DNA of 64,000 nt from Macrostomum hystrix (lineage: Eukaryota; Animalia; Platyhelminthes). The first letter of the stretch is position 1. Every line of letters starts with the position of its first letter. The stretch spans positions 5,952,001 through 6,016,000 of the forward strand of contig CATNEN010000005.1 of the NCBI GenBank assembly GCA_950097015.1, written 5' to 3'. Of this stretch, positions 62,653 to 64,000 are shown piece by piece. The notes under the pieces were generated by a model. The model was not told the origin of the DNA. It saw only the letters and a list, made by a program, of their open reading frames with translations, and searched no databases. Both the position numbers and the translations under genes were made by a program.

Positions 62653-64000
62653 GAGGTTTCTAAAGGTAACTACTAAACTAAAGGTGTGTACTTAAATTGA
62701 ATGCTCAGGAATTTAAAATTCGTAAGACCCTAATCTAGAAATTTGCCTAAAGCATACATTAATTAACATTGCTTTCCTGAACTTTTTTCTCAAACTAGAA
62801 AATGAGGATTGGTTCATCAAAATCCTTTGTTACGTTACGACTCATTCGTTAATTTTTTTCTAATCTAAAAGCTTCCTGAATTTTTTTGGCGCGTCTATGA
62901 TTACAACCATAAAAGTATGTGAAGCTAAGCCATTTTTGTTAATCTGCAATAAAGTCTAATTATAAACAGACACGAAATACTTTTAACAAACTTTGTTTAA
63001 GAATCTAAATCAGTTAACTTTTGTTGAACCCAATGCATCTTAAAAACCCATTCTTTCCGTCATTAACTAGATTCTTTACCGTCATAATAATAAATTAGCA
63101 CTAAAAGCCACGAGGCCTAAACAGTGATAAACCATAAAAACAGAAAACCCTGCAGAATTGATGTCGTAACGAAAAGTACAGAAATCTAAAATCGCATATA
63201 AATATTTAACTAAAAAGCGAACTGTGATTAAGATTACCATATGCATGTCGCAATGAACAACACAATGATCTGCACCCACTGGGAAAAAAGCAGGCGGCCC
63301 GCTTACGGCGGAGCAGCGTGGCGTAGAGTCTGTGCCGAAGTCGGGATGCGCCACGCTTAGCAAGCGGCTAGCACGCTATGGTGGCTGCAAAGTCGCAGTC
63401 TGGCCGTGTGAGAGATACAATTCAGACTACTGACAACAGTAGAAAAGCAAGGACTTGGCTGCAAAACTCTCACATAACACTAAAAAATATCGCCATAGAA
63501 AATGACAAGCTTAAAAGAGACTTCTGTGCACACTGAGAGTGGTGGGAGAGGACGGCGTGTGGCTATGGCTGACTGACGAAGGCAAACAAGCCAGAAACCG
63601 GTCTCGGTCTGCCAGCGCGAGGTTCGTTCCCCACTTTTAGTGTGTTACAGGCCGAATGCTAGCCGAAAGCGGTATCTACATTTCGAAGCGTTGCCACCGC
63701 AATGCCGAATTGCAAGCCTGTATGCATTGGCACTGGATGCTGACCAAATAAGAACACAAAAAAGGACAGAACAGAATAAAACAGGAGGCACTTATCATTG
63801 AGCAGACATCAGACAAAAACGAGCCCGAGAATAAACTGCTCAATAGTAAATTTATTAGCAGCAGAGCTCGAAATTATTTATATTTTATTTACAAATGACT
63901 AATTAGTCGATAACAATAGCGAGTATTCGTAAATTTAAAAAAAAATAAACTAGCTATATGTTTAACTGCGAAGCATAAGGAAATTATAGAAAACAGAGTG

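Larger units (their letters stand above)
50540..64000 (+). repeat. Tandem segmental unit 3 (3' truncated by window)
   Basis: 63405-64000 matches 15229-15820 and 40166-40760. Confidence 0.9.

Noticed and set aside
62995-63211. ~217-bp segment present in unit 3 but not unit 1
   Set aside because: No TIR or clear TSD; looks like an ordinary indel
1-64000. Whole triplication as an assembly artefact
   Set aside because: Units differ in repeat number, residues, intron length, satellites and insertions, which misassembly of one locus would not produce; local haplotype switches cannot be excluded

Overview
Eukaryotic (animal, probably invertebrate) genomic DNA made of about 2.6 tandem copies of a ~24 kb unit (homologous points at 3977, 27778 and 52176; spacing 23.8 and 24.4 kb). 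Each unit carries one intact two-coding-exon gene on the + strand. The gene encodes a large ankyrin-repeat TRP-type cation channel (predicted 2201, 2720 and 2055 aa) and is followed by an ordered string of different minisatellites separated by conserved unique spacers. Each protein has 13, 21 or 12 near-identical 73-aa (219-bp) double-ankyrin units. The scaffold is almost invariant even at silent sites, while a few positions matching the ankyrin binding surface are hypervariable and are shuffled within and between paralogs. The array is fused to a 6-TM channel core with TRPM-like motifs and a C-terminal coiled coil whose heptad number also varies (7, 4, 0). My main hypothesis is a recombination-diversified, DARPin-like variable-receptor/ion-channel family. 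The spacers also hold RFX X-box clusters followed by splice donors, a solo LTR with a 4-bp target duplication and a MITE-like insert. The satellite-rich context suggests a genome such as the flatworm Macrostomum, but this is unverified inference. No rRNA, tRNA or CRISPR array is supported. No alignments or database searches were run: identities are judged by eye and array boundaries are approximate.
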